Assembly: GCA_951406725.2 (NCBI GenBank)
Contig: OX597819.1
Span: 134,478,001-134,542,000 of the forward strand
DNA length: 64,000 bases
Direction: 5' to 3'
DNA from: Octopus vulgaris
Lineage: Eukaryota
Under the pieces are notes generated by a model that saw nothing but the letters and a program-made list of their open reading frames with translations, searched no databases and had not been told where the DNA came from. Below are positions 1 through 12,497 of this stretch, in pieces (the stretch's first letter is position 1; each line of letters opens with the position of its first letter). The position numbers and the translations under genes are program-made.

Positions 1-539
1 GAGTAAGGATGTGTAGGGGTGGGTGGGCTTATAGGGGAGGGGAAGGTGGGTGAGTGAGGAGAGAGAGGAGGAGAGAAGAGAGTAAGAGGGAAAGAGGGGA
101 GAGAAAGAGAGAAGAGGGAAAGAGAGTAGGGGTCAAGAGGGTTCTTTTCCTTTTGAACGGCAGTTTTCAACACAATTTCTAGTTAACTAAACACTTTTAA
201 ACTTCGTATATTGGTAGAATGTGTCAAAATAAAACATTTTTTTCTCTTGGCTTTCTTGAGAAAATTGTAATTTGTAAGTTTAACGTAGTTTAATTCTTCG
301 AATTTTAACCAATCCTATGGCCTCTATTGAGCTAAAATCATTTGCTGCGTCTAAAACAGACAACATCCTGTCACTAACTCTAATCCTCACCCTAAATTTT
401 AGCCTTTCGGTTTTTTTTTCTTAATTGTTAAATTAATTTAAGGATAACAATTAATAAAAAAAAAACGAAAGGCTAAAACGAAAGCAAAAACTCAAAACAA
501 AAACAAAACGAATAATTTTAGACACGCATAATTTTAGAC

Positions 540-697
540 ATTGTAAAATGGTTAATGTTAGGAAGGGCATCCAGTCATAGAAACCATACTAAAGCAGACA
601 CTGGGGTACGATGCAGCCCTTGACTCATTGGATCTTTGTCAAACCATCCAACCCATGCCACCATGGAACATGGACATTAAATGAAGAAGCTGATGAT
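540..697 (+). mobile_element. RTE LINE 3' tail fragment
   Basis: GTTAGGAAGGGCATCCAG...CCATCCAACCCATGCC...(GAT)n tail, shared with the 3' ends of the RTE copies at 6800-6945, 11200-11336 and 61410-61555. Confidence 0.75.
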
Positions 698-1199
698 ATA
701 TAAAATATATCAAACCAGTAGAGTGGAAAATCTGGTATGTTTTTAACATACCAAATTTTTACAGTCTTTTGGTTACATATGCATATGCTCTGCAAATTGA
801 ATTCACCAAAAATTTCAATCATTCTGTATATAATATTTAAAATAAGACATATACATACGTTGGATGAATGAGAACATGGGGATGTACTTCACAAGGACAC
901 AGATTATAACCCCATGGTGGGGTGGCGGGTTAAAAGAGGAAGAGCTTTGCCCTATGCAGAAACTGCAGGGGCTGCTAAGGGGTATTGCAAGTTTTTCTGA
1001 ATCCATTGCAATGTCAGAAACCCTTCTGTATCATCAAGTTTCTCAGGGTTTTCCCCCCTCTGCTTCATCCAAGTGCATCAGTGAAGACTGAATTAGTTTC
1101 CCACAGTAGAAGGTTCTACTTGTGATTGCTTATTGACCTCTGCCACCTTGACGTGGTTTCAGCTGCCGTGCTTATCACCGGGGCTATAGCAGCTACAAC

Positions 1200-1600
1200 T
1201 TCAATATCCCTACATATCTTGCATCTATTTTCTTTCCTCCACCTCACTCTCTATTTTGTATCACATCTACTAAACTAACTCTGACTTAACCATCCTCTCA
1301 CACTGTCTCCGATGAAGGGATACAATTAATAAATATCCTGGAAACAGCTGTAAGACCTTCTATCTATAAATGTTCTGATATCTACACAGCCTTGGTTTTT
1401 TATCTCATTACACAAAAAAATTCTTATATACACATGCTGATATATGACCTACGTTGGACCCCTTATTCGCAAAATTACCGAATCTGGAACTTAACTATGG
1501 TCTGTCTATAGCACTTATTCAGCATTACCTAACACCTTTGGGTCTCAACGACACCATTATCTCTTACATACATCTTCTTCTTTCCACCGTCTGTCTTGAT
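1200..1600 (+). mobile_element. Penelope-like element 3' remnant (pLTR-like), boundaries approximate
   Basis: Contains the hammerhead motif, followed by a broken LIRKITES..LIQHYLTPLGLN peptide (1462-1550) resembling the C-terminus of Penelope GIY-YIG domains. Confidence 0.45.
1305..1356 (+). ncRNA. Minimal type I hammerhead ribozyme motif (Penelope-like element type)
   Basis: Stem I GTCT(1305-1308)/AGAC(1353-1356); core CCGATGA (1309-1315); stem II GGGATA/TATCCT with an A-G mismatch at its base; GAAA (1341-1344); palindromic stem III ACAGCTGT; GUA cleavage triplet ending at 1352. Confidence 0.7.
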
Positions 1601-1610
1601 AGACAATGGG

Positions 1611-2621
1611 TCACACCAAGGGTGGGGCCCACTTTGATGATGAGCAGCGTCTGCTGTGACTGAACAGTCCAATTCTAGAGTGGCAGTCCCTGGTACAGTT
1701 GCTGCACACGAACATCGATGGGTACGTGTGGGGTGTTGCTGCAGTTGTCCTCCTCCTGTCCCGCCTGTCCGACCACAGCTGTGCTCTCCTTTCCTCAGCC
1801 ATGGAAACGCCTTTCCTCACTGTCCGACGCCAGGCAGAGCGGTCAGCAGCTGTTACCTCCCACGTGTCCACACAGATGTTGGCAGTCCTCAGGTCGCGCT
1901 TGCACACATCCCTGTATCGTAGCTGTGGACGTCCCTTGGGTCGGGATCCCGTGGTGAGTTCGCTGTACAGGATGTCTTTAGGCATGCGACCGTCCTGCAT
2001 GCAGCAGACGTGTCCGAGCCAGCGCAGTCGTCTCCGCACAAGGAGGGCATGCATGCTTGGCATATTAGTCTGTTCTAGGATGACTCCGTTTGGTACTTGG
2101 TCCTTCCAGGAGATGCCAAGGATCCGTCGAAGACACCGCATGTGGAAGCCGCTGAGGCGGCATTCTTGCCGGGTGTATGTTGTCCAGCTATCGCTGCCGT
2201 AGAGTAGGGTGCTCAGCACGCAGGCTCGGTACACTGCGATCTTGGTGGTTATTGTGAGCATGTTGTTTCCCCACACTCTCCTGGAGAGCTTAGCCATGGC
2301 AGCAGCAGCCTTCCCAATCCGTCTGTTCAGCTCCGGCTCGAGGGACAGGCTGCTGGAGACCGTCAATCCCAGGTAAGTGAACTCGTTCACCACCTGCAAG
2401 CTGTGGTCGCCGACACTGATGCTGGGGACCCCTCCGACGTCCTGGCCTATGATCTCTGTCTTTTTCAGGTCGATGGTAAGGCCGAACTCTTGGCAGGCAT
2501 CCGCCAGGGAGCTGACCAGCCTCTGGAGACCCAGCTAGTTGTGTGATGTTAGGGCGGCATCGTCAGCAAAGAGGATCTCTCTGATCAGCACCTGACGGAC
2601 TTTGGTCTTAGCTCTGAGGTG
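1611..2621 (-). mobile_element. 5'-truncated RTE-clade LINE, GC-rich family (RT C-terminal half plus terminal zinc finger)
   Basis: Reads HLRAKTKVRQVLIREILFADDAAL (FADD motif), one in-frame stop, then EFTYLG, LLYGSDSWT, RRLRWLGHV and CSNCTRDCHSRIGLFSH. Confidence 0.9.
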
Positions 2622-3539
2622 TGTGTATATATATACACACACACATACTTATATACATGCAGATATATACACACACATATGTATGATATATAAGTATGTA
2701 TATAGGCACAGGTATGGTTGTGTGATTAAGAAGTTGGGGGAAGGTGAGAATAGGTGATGACTGGCATTAGAGAAGCAGGCAAATGCAACAGAATGGTAAT
2801 AATAATGTAGTGGATAGGGGAAGGATGAAAGAGAGGGAAATGACGTGGATGAGTTGGTTGTAAGAGAGGGTCGACAGCCTCTCGTCTCTTTAACATCATA
2901 TCACTTGCTCCCTATCTTTCATCCTTCACATTTTATATCCCTATCATTCATTTGTCACTGTCACCTATGTCCCTTACACCAAGCCTTTCTTTTGCTTCCA
3001 TTACTCATGCCCCTAGATTCATCTCTCAATCACTCCTCTCTCTCTCTCTCTCTCTCATTAATGTCTTTCTATCTTGGCTGCTATTTCCTGACGTGAAGCT
3101 GGCCTTTACTTGTCCGCAATGTGCCCACCCATTTTCACTCTCACTGTCTATACCAGAAATCTCATGCTGGAAACCTCTACAAGGCTCTGCCTCGCTTCTG
3201 CACCAGAAGACTTGCATGGCTCCCCCACTCTCCACCCACACTACTGCATGCACCAAAAGAAGATGTGTTACTTAGTAAATTAACAAACCACCTACTCCTT
3301 TCTCTATATAATAGACTAACCAATAGTGGCTCATTTATTTAGTTTAAACATTGGCCTATTTATGTTTGCAGCAATAATGCTTATATTTACAAGGCTTACA
3401 TTACACTCACCCCCAATAGGGGCAACAATTTTAACATGTTTGAATGAAGCAAGAATAGCTCATGTGACATGTCTTGAAACCTTCATTTCAGGTGCTGAAT
3501 ACCACCTCTCCTTCCCATGTTCCCTCCCACAGCCCTTTC

Positions 3540-6500
3540 CCAGTTTTCAGAGTTGGTACTGTCAATGTAGGCACATTGAAAGGTAGGTCTAGTGAGATTG
3601 TTGAGATGCTTGAACGGAGGCATGTTGATATATGTTGCATTCAAGAAGTAAGATGGAGAGGAGCTTCAGCCAGGTTCCTCACAGACAAGAAACATAGGTA
3701 TAAAATCTGGGAAGGTAACAGTAACGATGTAGGTGATGTGGGCATACTTCTTGCAGAGAAATGGGCAAATAAGGTCATAGAGGTAGTCAGAGTGTACAAT
3801 AGAGTACTTAAGCTCAGGCTAGTTTTACAGAATAGTATAGCAACAATTATCTCTGCCTACACCCCACCCCCACGCAGGCCTACCAAATGAAGAAAAGGAC
3901 CACTTTTCTGATGTTCTTCTGCAGGCTATCTCAAAGACAAGTGTCAATGATCTCATCTTCATGGCTGGGGATTGCAATGGGCATATCGGGCAGCAGCTCA
4001 GTATCTTCCATGATATTCATGGGGGCCACGGAATTGGTTCCCAAAACAAAGGGAGGACAAGCCTACTGGAGTTCTGTGATGCGAATAACCTATTGATCTG
4101 CAACACTAACTTTAAGAAGCCAGCCACCTGATAACCTATCAATCAGGTGACTATGCTAGCCATCTCTATTACATTCTCACCAGACAGCAGAATATATGGT
4201 TGCTCCTCAATACAAAGACCTTCTCTGGTGAAGAATGTACCCAACAGCCACCCACCCAGCATGGACTAGTCGTGAGTGACTTTAGACTCCAGGTCAAGAA
4301 GGAAGCCAAGAAGTAGGCCAATCTGGGTAAGAAGGATTTAGAAGCTTAAGGACCCTTCACATGGTCAGAGATTTAAGGACATCCTAACTGAGAAATTTGA
4401 GAGGGAGGAGCAGCTACAAACTTGTGATATTGAGGGCAACTGAGAATTCCTGCAGAATAGCTTGCTGAGTGCCACAGACCAAATCTGTGGCAGGTGCAAA
4501 GTCCCATCCAGACCTAGGGTGACATCATCGTGGTGGAACAATGCAGTAGACAAGGATATTAGGGTAAAGAACAAGGCCTGGAAGAGTGAGGGCAGTGTGG
4601 CACTGTATCAGATAGCCAGAAGGGAAGCTAGGAGACAGGTATATCTAGCCAGGGGAGAATCAGAAAAGAAGAAGTTTGCCTATGTTCAGTGACATGTGGA
4701 CCAAAGACTTGAAGTGTTTGGGATTGCAAGAAAGTGTGTGAGAGCAAACTGTGATGCAATAGGAAAGAAACGTGTCCACATGGATGAGAGTTCACTTGCA
4801 CTTAATGATTCTGCAACGAAAAGAGGCTTGGAAATGCCACTGGGGGGGGGGAAGAGAGTTAGCCAAATGTTGATCCAAATGAGGTACCAGCAAATCGACA
4901 GTACCTTGGTAGATAAAGCAATTAAGGATATGAAGACAGGGAAAGCTCCCGGCCCAACAGGCGTCACCACTGAGATGTTTAAAATATCTGGCACAATGGG
5001 TTAGTCACCCATATTATAAATCAGCTGGTACACAAAGGAGTCATAACCCAATAGTGGAGCAGACCATAGTCAACTGCTACAAGGGTAAAAGTGATGCCTT
5101 ACATAAAAATGATTACAGAGGTATCAAATTGTTGGATCAGGTGATAACCCAACTAATTAGGGAGAGAGATAGTCTAGCTAAGATGCAGTTTGGTTTTGTG
5201 CAGGAAGAAGCACCACTGATGCTAAATTTCTGGTAAGGCAGCTGCAGGAGAAATACATAGTCAAAGATAAACCTCTGTATTTGGCATTTGTTGACTTTGA
5301 GAAAGCCTTTGACAGGGTTCCCCGATCCCTTATCTGGTGATCAATGCAGAAACTAGAGATAGATGAGCAATTGGTGAGAGCTGCACAAGCCTTGTACAGG
5401 GACACTGTCAGTAAGGCAAGCGTTGGCAACAAATACAGCGAAGAATTCCGGGTAGAAGTAAGGGTTCACCAAGCATCAATCCCCAGCCCCCTTTTGTTCA
5501 TCATAGTCCTCCAGGCAATAACAGAGGAATTTAATACAGGCCACCCCTGGGCCTCCTCTATGTTGATGACTTTGTTCTTATAGCTGAATCACTACCAGAA
5601 CTAGAGAAGAAGTTTCAGCAAAGTCTAGAATCGAAGGACCTTAATGTCAACCTAGCAAAAACCAAAGTCTTAGTAAATAGGAAGGCAGACAAATCACAAA
5701 TCCCGTCAAGTAGATGACCCTGCTCAATAGGTAAAAAAAGTGTAGGTAGAAACTCTGTAAGATGTACCTAGTGTAAGTTATGGACACATAAGAGGTACAG
5801 CAATATCAGAGGAAGGTTAACAGGGAAAATAGCTTTTGTGTGTGGAAGATGCACAGGTAGAATAAACAGCAAAAATGTACAGAAAATAGACTCCATCAAC
5901 TGCCAGTGGGGTAAGCTAGAGGTAGTAGATAGCTTCCGTTATCTAGGTGACCAAGTTAGTAGCGGAGATGGATGCTCCAAGAGTGTTGCTGTGAGAACAA
6001 TTTGGGCAAAGTTCAGAGAGATCCTACCTCTGTTGGCAACAAAGGGCCTCTTGCTCAGAGTGAGAAGCAGATTGTATGATGCCTGTGTGCAAACAGCCAT
6101 GCTACACAGCAGTGAAACATGGGCTGTGACAGCCGAGGACATGTGTAGGCTTGAAAGAAATGAAGCCAGTATGCATCGTTGGGTGTGCAATGTCAGTGTA
6201 CATGTTCAACAGAGTGTAAGCATCTTGAGAGAAAAGTTGGGCATAAGGGGCATCAGATGTGGTATGAAAGAGAGACGACTGCGCTGGTATGGTCATGTGA
6301 TGCATATGGACAAGGACAATTGTGTAAAGAAGTGCCAATCTCTAATTTCAAAGGAAACCTGTGGTAGAAGTAGATCCATGAAGACATGAGATGAGGTGGT
6401 GAAGCCTGATCTTCAAACATTGGGCCTCATGGAGACAATGATTAGTGACCAAGACTTTTGGCGATATGCTGTGCTTGAGAAGACCTGTCAAGCCAAGTGA

Positions 6501-6948
6501 AATTGTAACCATGGCCAATGCTGATGTCACGTAACTGACACCCATGCCAGTGGCACATAGAACACTCCTTTCAAGTGTTGGGCCTCACGGAGGCATGGTG
6601 GCCAATGCCAGTGGCACACGAAAAGCACCTTTCAAGTGTTGGGCCTTACAGTGGCAATGACAAATGACCACAACCTTTGGCATTAGGCCATGCTTGAGAA
6701 GACCCATCAAACCAAGTAAAATTGTAGCTGTGGCAGATACTGGTGTCATGCAAATGGCACCTGTGCTGGAAGAACATAAAAGCGCCCCTTAAACTCTTGG
6801 AGTAGTTGGCATTAGGAAGGGCATCCAGCCATAGAAATCATGCCAAATCAGACCGGAGTCTGGTGCAACATTCCAGCTTGCCAGCCCTGGTCAAACCATC
6901 CAACCCATGCCAGCATGGACAACGGACGTCAAATGATGGTGATGATAA
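3540..6948 (+). mobile_element. Near full-length decayed RTE LINE (APE endonuclease + RT + PHD insert + 3' UTR)
   Basis: VGTVNVGTLKGRSSEIVEMLERRHVDICCIQEVRW (APE); KAPGPTG, NDYRGIKLL, QFGF, AFVDFEKAFDRVP, YVDD-like, FRYLG, RRLRWYGHV; many stops and frameshifts; (GAT)n tail. Confidence 0.92.
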
Positions 6949-8413
6949 TGAAAGCTGTTGGAGTGACTAACAGCAACAGAGAATTTCTCTACAGTTCACC
7001 ACACATTGCACTCTCTCACTCATACTTGCTTCTCTCTTCACTAACCATTACAGTTTTCACCCACACCTATTTCTCATCTCTCTATCACTACCACCTCTAT
7101 TTACACTGTACCCAGCTTCCAGTGGGATTGAAGGTGGCGGAGGTAAAGAATATGCACACCACCCATTTTCAGTGTAACCCTAATCTTAGACCTAAACTCT
7201 GGAAATGGGTGGTGTGTGTATCGTTTACCTTCGCCTTGAAGATTGCAGTGGATCTCTTTCGTTTGTCATACACAACTTCCAATCAGTCTAACTAAAGATG
7301 CCATTGTACCTATTCTTGTCCTCTTCCTACCACCGTTTGTGTCACTCACTGTTACAGGACCCACCTACTTGCTAGCACTTTCACCAGTCAACCCCTCAAA
7401 CCCATCTCATCACCAATGTAAAGTAGATAACATTTGACCACTTGTACGTCGTACACTCTTCCCTCTTCTACCGCTAGTCATCTCTCTCTCACTCTCTCTG
7501 TTACAACATTCATTCCTTTTCTCCCATACCATGGGCCTCTGTCACCACTATCTCCTGGCTCACTCATCTCCTTATATCAGTCATATTGCCTTGAAGATTC
7601 ATACTTTAGAATATAGACTATTCCTGTCGTTCCACTCCATATCACATAACCCTCTCATTACTATCATTCATGCTTCTCACTCTGTAAAAAAATGTTAGCA
7701 AATGAACAAAAACTGTAATGGGGTGAGTTCCCTTTAGTAATATCAAGGGCATAGCTACCTTTCTGGAGCTGGCGTCAAGGAAAATGCACCCAGTATAAGC
7801 AAGCAAGGTTCTCTAATCTCTCATCACCTGTCTTGGGTCACCATTACCCTCGCATAGGTGTGTTGACTCTGAACGTGACGCCCCGTCCAACCCATGCCAG
7901 CATGGAAAGCGGACGTAAAACAATGGCGAGGACACACACACACACACACAAACATATTTTTATAGCCTTTCAGGGTCGATAAAAAAAAGTAGCCATTCAG
8001 GGTGGTGCAATATTAAAATTGTTAAAAAACGGTAGACAGGATGGCTTGCAGTACATGTTCTGGCTTTTTGCGTTCAAGACGACAACGTCTGCGGCGACAC
8101 TGTGCCGAGTTGGGTGCCATGTGGAGGGGAGCTTTGCAGGTGCCGCCGTCGGAACATAAATTGCCAGAAAAGTATTTTGGTTGTTGCTCTAAACACACAC
8201 ACATAACGATACTCCTTTTTTATTCGGAGTTGAATTCTCGCAGATGGTTATTCTGAATTCATAGATGCCTGTCTTTGTTTTGTTCGAAGGTCGACATCAA
8301 GGGAGGCACCCGGAGCAAGAATATGTTAAAACTCAGCAATGAATGATGTCACTCGACTGAAAGTATCGAGTATTCTTCTTCTTTTTTTTTTTTTCTTTTT
8401 CTCCCTTCTTTAG

Positions 8414-8415
<2 letters not shown>

Positions 8416-8453
<38 letters not shown>
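8416..8453. repeat. (TA)n microsatellite
   Basis: Direct reading. Confidence 0.95.
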
Positions 8454-8462
<9 letters not shown>

Positions 8463-9849
8463 CATATACATACACACCCATGTGGGTGTGTATGTCTAAA
8501 GCTGTACGACATAGAAAGTTTCAAATATAATTACAACAATTAGAAAATAACAATTAACGGCAATTTGCGAGCAAATAAAAGACAAAGTAAAGAGAAAATG
8601 TGCATATGTCTAATTCTATGAAGATTGTGTAAAATACTTAAAAAGCCGACCGGAATCTTCGACCGTTTCTTGGAATGAATTCTTCTCAACATTGCAGACG
8701 ACTGCCTCCCATAGAATCCACGCCTAAATTGCTGCGTATTCAGGGCAGAGTATTACTGCAGAGCGGGAAATAATCCCTATGACTTCCATGTATCGTTGTG
8801 TGGAAGCAAATATGGAAATGTTTCAAGTAAACAAACCTTTTTCTTGTTTTAGGATTTCGGGAATCGGTAAACATCCTCCATCGCCGTCTTTGGTTTCTAT
8901 TTACGTGACACTGCGCCGACCGCAGCGACACCTGGCCCAACACAGGGGGAGATAATTAGGTGAGGCTTTCATGGCTATTTAATTAGTGGACTGCGTTAAT
9001 TGCGTTGGGCTTCTAATGAAGAAACGGTAGATGAACAACCTCCAGGCAAAATAGAAATGATTTGATGTTCTTGCCAAAGAAAAGACATTCATTCATTTTA
9101 CATTCTAGTATATCAGTAATTCAGTGCAATTTTCCTGAGGTGTGTCCTAAGAAAACATTAACAGCTGTTTTTAATACAAATAAGTATCAGACTGTAGGAA
9201 TTTGGTATTTTGGTTATTGTGCACCAAAATATAATTATATATATCTTATTAGAATCATTTTTTCCCAAATTACATTACCTTTGATCATATATACATCATC
9301 GTTGTGCGGTATAAATTTTAGGAAAAAGGGAAACCACTTGGAAACTTTAAAATACGTTTATTTTTTAAAAGAAAACATTTAATTCAGTCTCATAAACTGG
9401 GTGATATCTCGCTTTAAAAGTTAAGCTTCAAAAACGTGTTCATAAGCAAAGATTTCTTGTTTTGCTGCATTCTAAAAGTTAATATATGGGAAATATCTAC
9501 GGATAAACACACACACACACACAGAGGGGGGGGGTTAATAAATATGAAATGTTTAAATATTAACTATTTAAATAAATGATGTTTACATATGGAATATTTG
9601 AGAATTGAAATAAACAGTTTTCGACCTGATAAAACCATAATTACCTCCCTTGCTATTCTTAATTTCTCTTCCTGGTTTTGAGTGGACTCTTTTCCTGAAT
9701 GCCTTCTCTCTGGGGTCGACAGCAATTCTTTTAATGTTACTATATTTTCCAGCCTCCCTTCGAATATGTTCTACAAGAATTCGATAATTAATGAATATGT
9801 TTTGTTTTGGTTTGTTATTCTTAAGGTTTTGCCTGAGTAAGAAAGACAC

Positions 9850-11560
9850 TATAGATGGGTAGGTTGTTGTTGAACCCCCTCCCCCTACTGTGACCCCCTC
9901 AGAAGTCTGTGATCTCGTTTGGTAGGAAAACGGAATTAAGAAAATACATGAAACAAGGTGGTGACTTTAAATGTCATCAATGTGGGCCACACGTATATAT
10001 ACACAAGCTGAATGAAAGTGGTTGATTAATATTCATTTATCTGCATGGGCTGTGTGTTAGCTGTTAACCCTGGTGAGGAAAGCTCACAAACAGCGATATG
10101 TTAGAACTAGTGCAGTGTGTTGGTGATGTGTAGATGTTGTTGACATGAGAGACATGATGGTGGCGATGACGATGGAGATCACTGCAATGTGGTTAATGGT
10201 TAGACTTTAGAAAGTCTAGAACCAACACACTCCAAGATTAGAAGGAGTTAACCAAGAAGATAGCTTTCAGGTGCAGCAAATGCACAGGGGCAATAGACAC
10301 CACACATGCTCAGAAAACAGATTCCATCACACTCCAGGGGAAGAATCTAGAAGTAGTTGATAGTTTCCACTACCTAGGTAACCAAGTTAGTAGTGTGGGT
10401 GGATGCTCAGAGAGTGTTACCACTAGAATAAGAATAGCCTGGGCAAAGTTCAGACAAATTCTACCCCTACTGGTGACAAAGGGCCTCTCACTCAGAGTGA
10501 AAGGTAGATTGTACGATGCATATGTGCGAACTGCCATACTTCACGGCAGTGAAACATGGGCCGTGACTGCAGAGGACATGCGTAGGCTCGAAAGAAATGA
10601 AGCTAGCATGATCTGCTGGATGTGTAATGTCAGTGTGCACATACGACAGAGTGTAAGTGTCCTGAGAGAAATGCTGGACATAAGAAGCATTGGATGTGAC
10701 GTGCAGGAGAGATGATTGCGCTGGTATGGTCATGTACTGCGGATGGATGAGGAGAGATGTGTGAAGAAGTGCCACTCCCAAACAGTTGAAGGCATCCAGG
10801 GGAGAGGTAGACCCAGGAATACATGGGATGAGGTGGTCAAGCAGGACCTTCAAACTTTGAGTCTCACAGAGGCAATGACGAAAGGCCGAGACCTCTGGAG
10901 ATATGCTGTAACTGCAAAGACCTGACAAATGAAGTGAGTTCACGGCTGTATCCTACACCAGTTTCGCATAACCAGCCCCAGCCCATTCAAAAGTACCTTG
11001 GATTGTAGAGCGACCTGCTGTGCTTGAGGAAACCTATTGAGTCAAGTACATCAAAATAAAAATAAAATGGAAACTGTAGCTGTCATACCCGTGCCAGTGT
11101 CACATAAAAAGCACCATCCGAATGTGGCCAATGCCAGCGCTGCCTTGACTGGCTTCCATGCCGGTGGCATGTAAAAAGCACTCACTACACTCACAGAGTG
11201 GTTGGCATTAGGAAGGGCGCCCAGCTGTAGAAACACTGCCAGACTGGAGCCTCGTGCAGCCTCCTGGTTTCCAAGACCCCAGTCGAACCATCCAACCCAT
11301 GCTAGCATGGAAAACAGACGTTAAATGATGATGATGAATGGTAGGCTCAAGTTTAAAAAAGACTGTCTCATGTGACTTATTTGGAGGCTGTGATTGGTTG
11401 GGTTGCATATTGGCATGTGATAGAGTAAGAGACAAATTGTGCCAATATCAACCAATCAGAGTGGTAGACAGAACAGGGTCTAAAACAGCACCCAAAGGTT
11501 AGCTGTTACCAGCTATGTTTGTAAGTATTTATACATAATAGAGAGAGGAAGTTCACTACA
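9850..11560 (-). repeat. 3' LTR interrupted by an RTE insertion
   Basis: 9850-10250 and 11337-11560 match consecutive parts of the 12803-13456 LTR. Confidence 0.85.
10251..11336 (+). mobile_element. 5'-truncated RTE LINE inserted in the LTR
   Basis: ORF pieces GGCSESVTTRIRIAWAKFR...LHGSETW...RWYGHVL...GRGRPRNTW, 3' UTR and (GAT)n tail. Confidence 0.92.
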
Positions 11561-12225
11561 GACAGCCCCCCTCCCCCCAGAAGTCATTTTGTGGGAGACA
11601 AAATAGACGATAAAACGAAGATATTTCTGTAGCAAAGAAGTAAAAAAGATTGCATAGCCAGCCATGATGGACCTACGTCCAGCTTATTGGAAATCACTGG
11701 AATGTGAAAAATCAAGGTAAATGAGAGAATATTGGCTGGTGTGAGAATGAGCAGGGCCAAGAATTTGCCTGCAAAACCATGAATCATTTGCAGAGGCAAA
11801 GGCTGTGGGTGCTAGAAAAGTGACAGTGACTAGCAAAGCGAGTCAAGCTATAAAAATGGTGACAAAAGAAAGACGTTCCAACTTGCAAGAGACTTGGTGT
11901 TGACCAGGTACCAAAGGAAGAAAATGCATGGAACTCTACAAGATGCAAAAAAATATACATTTATAAGAGGTGGTTCGTGCATCCTACAAACCAGAGAAGA
12001 AACACATAAAGAGCTTTTTGCCAGACGAGAAAAAGCTTGAGAAAAGTGTTCTGCTAGAATAAACCTAGAAAGGTGTTGGAGTGGATAGAATGAGGCAGAC
12101 AGCATGTATGTATAAGTGTATGTATGAATGCTGAGCAAATTTTTTTCTTAAATATGAACAAAATATTTAACAATCAAAACTGGAGCAATGTGAAAATTAC
12201 AATGCAAGTATACAAGGGGAAACCT

Positions 12226-12459
12226 TCAGCAAAGAAAGGGGTCCACAGAGAACAGTTTTGGTGTGCTTCTAAGAACGTGATAGGGTCCAGTGTAGGGAGG
12301 TGTGAGTGGTCCCTTGACAGCATCATTTCTTAGAAAGATGTGAGTCCAGGTAGAAATATCCGGAGGTACTGTAGAAGAAATAGATTGGTCATGAAGAAGC
12401 ATTGGTGGCAGGTCAGCAAAGAATGACCTGAGTTGTGTGACATAAGATGTGGGGTCCAC
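12226..12459 (-). pseudogene. Gypsy integrase C-terminal (GPY/F) remnant
   Basis: THIFLRNDAVKGPLTPPYTGPYHVL. Confidence 0.85.
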
Positions 12460-12497
12460 ATTTGGTAAGTTGATGGGCTTTTAGTGTGTGCTGTGTT

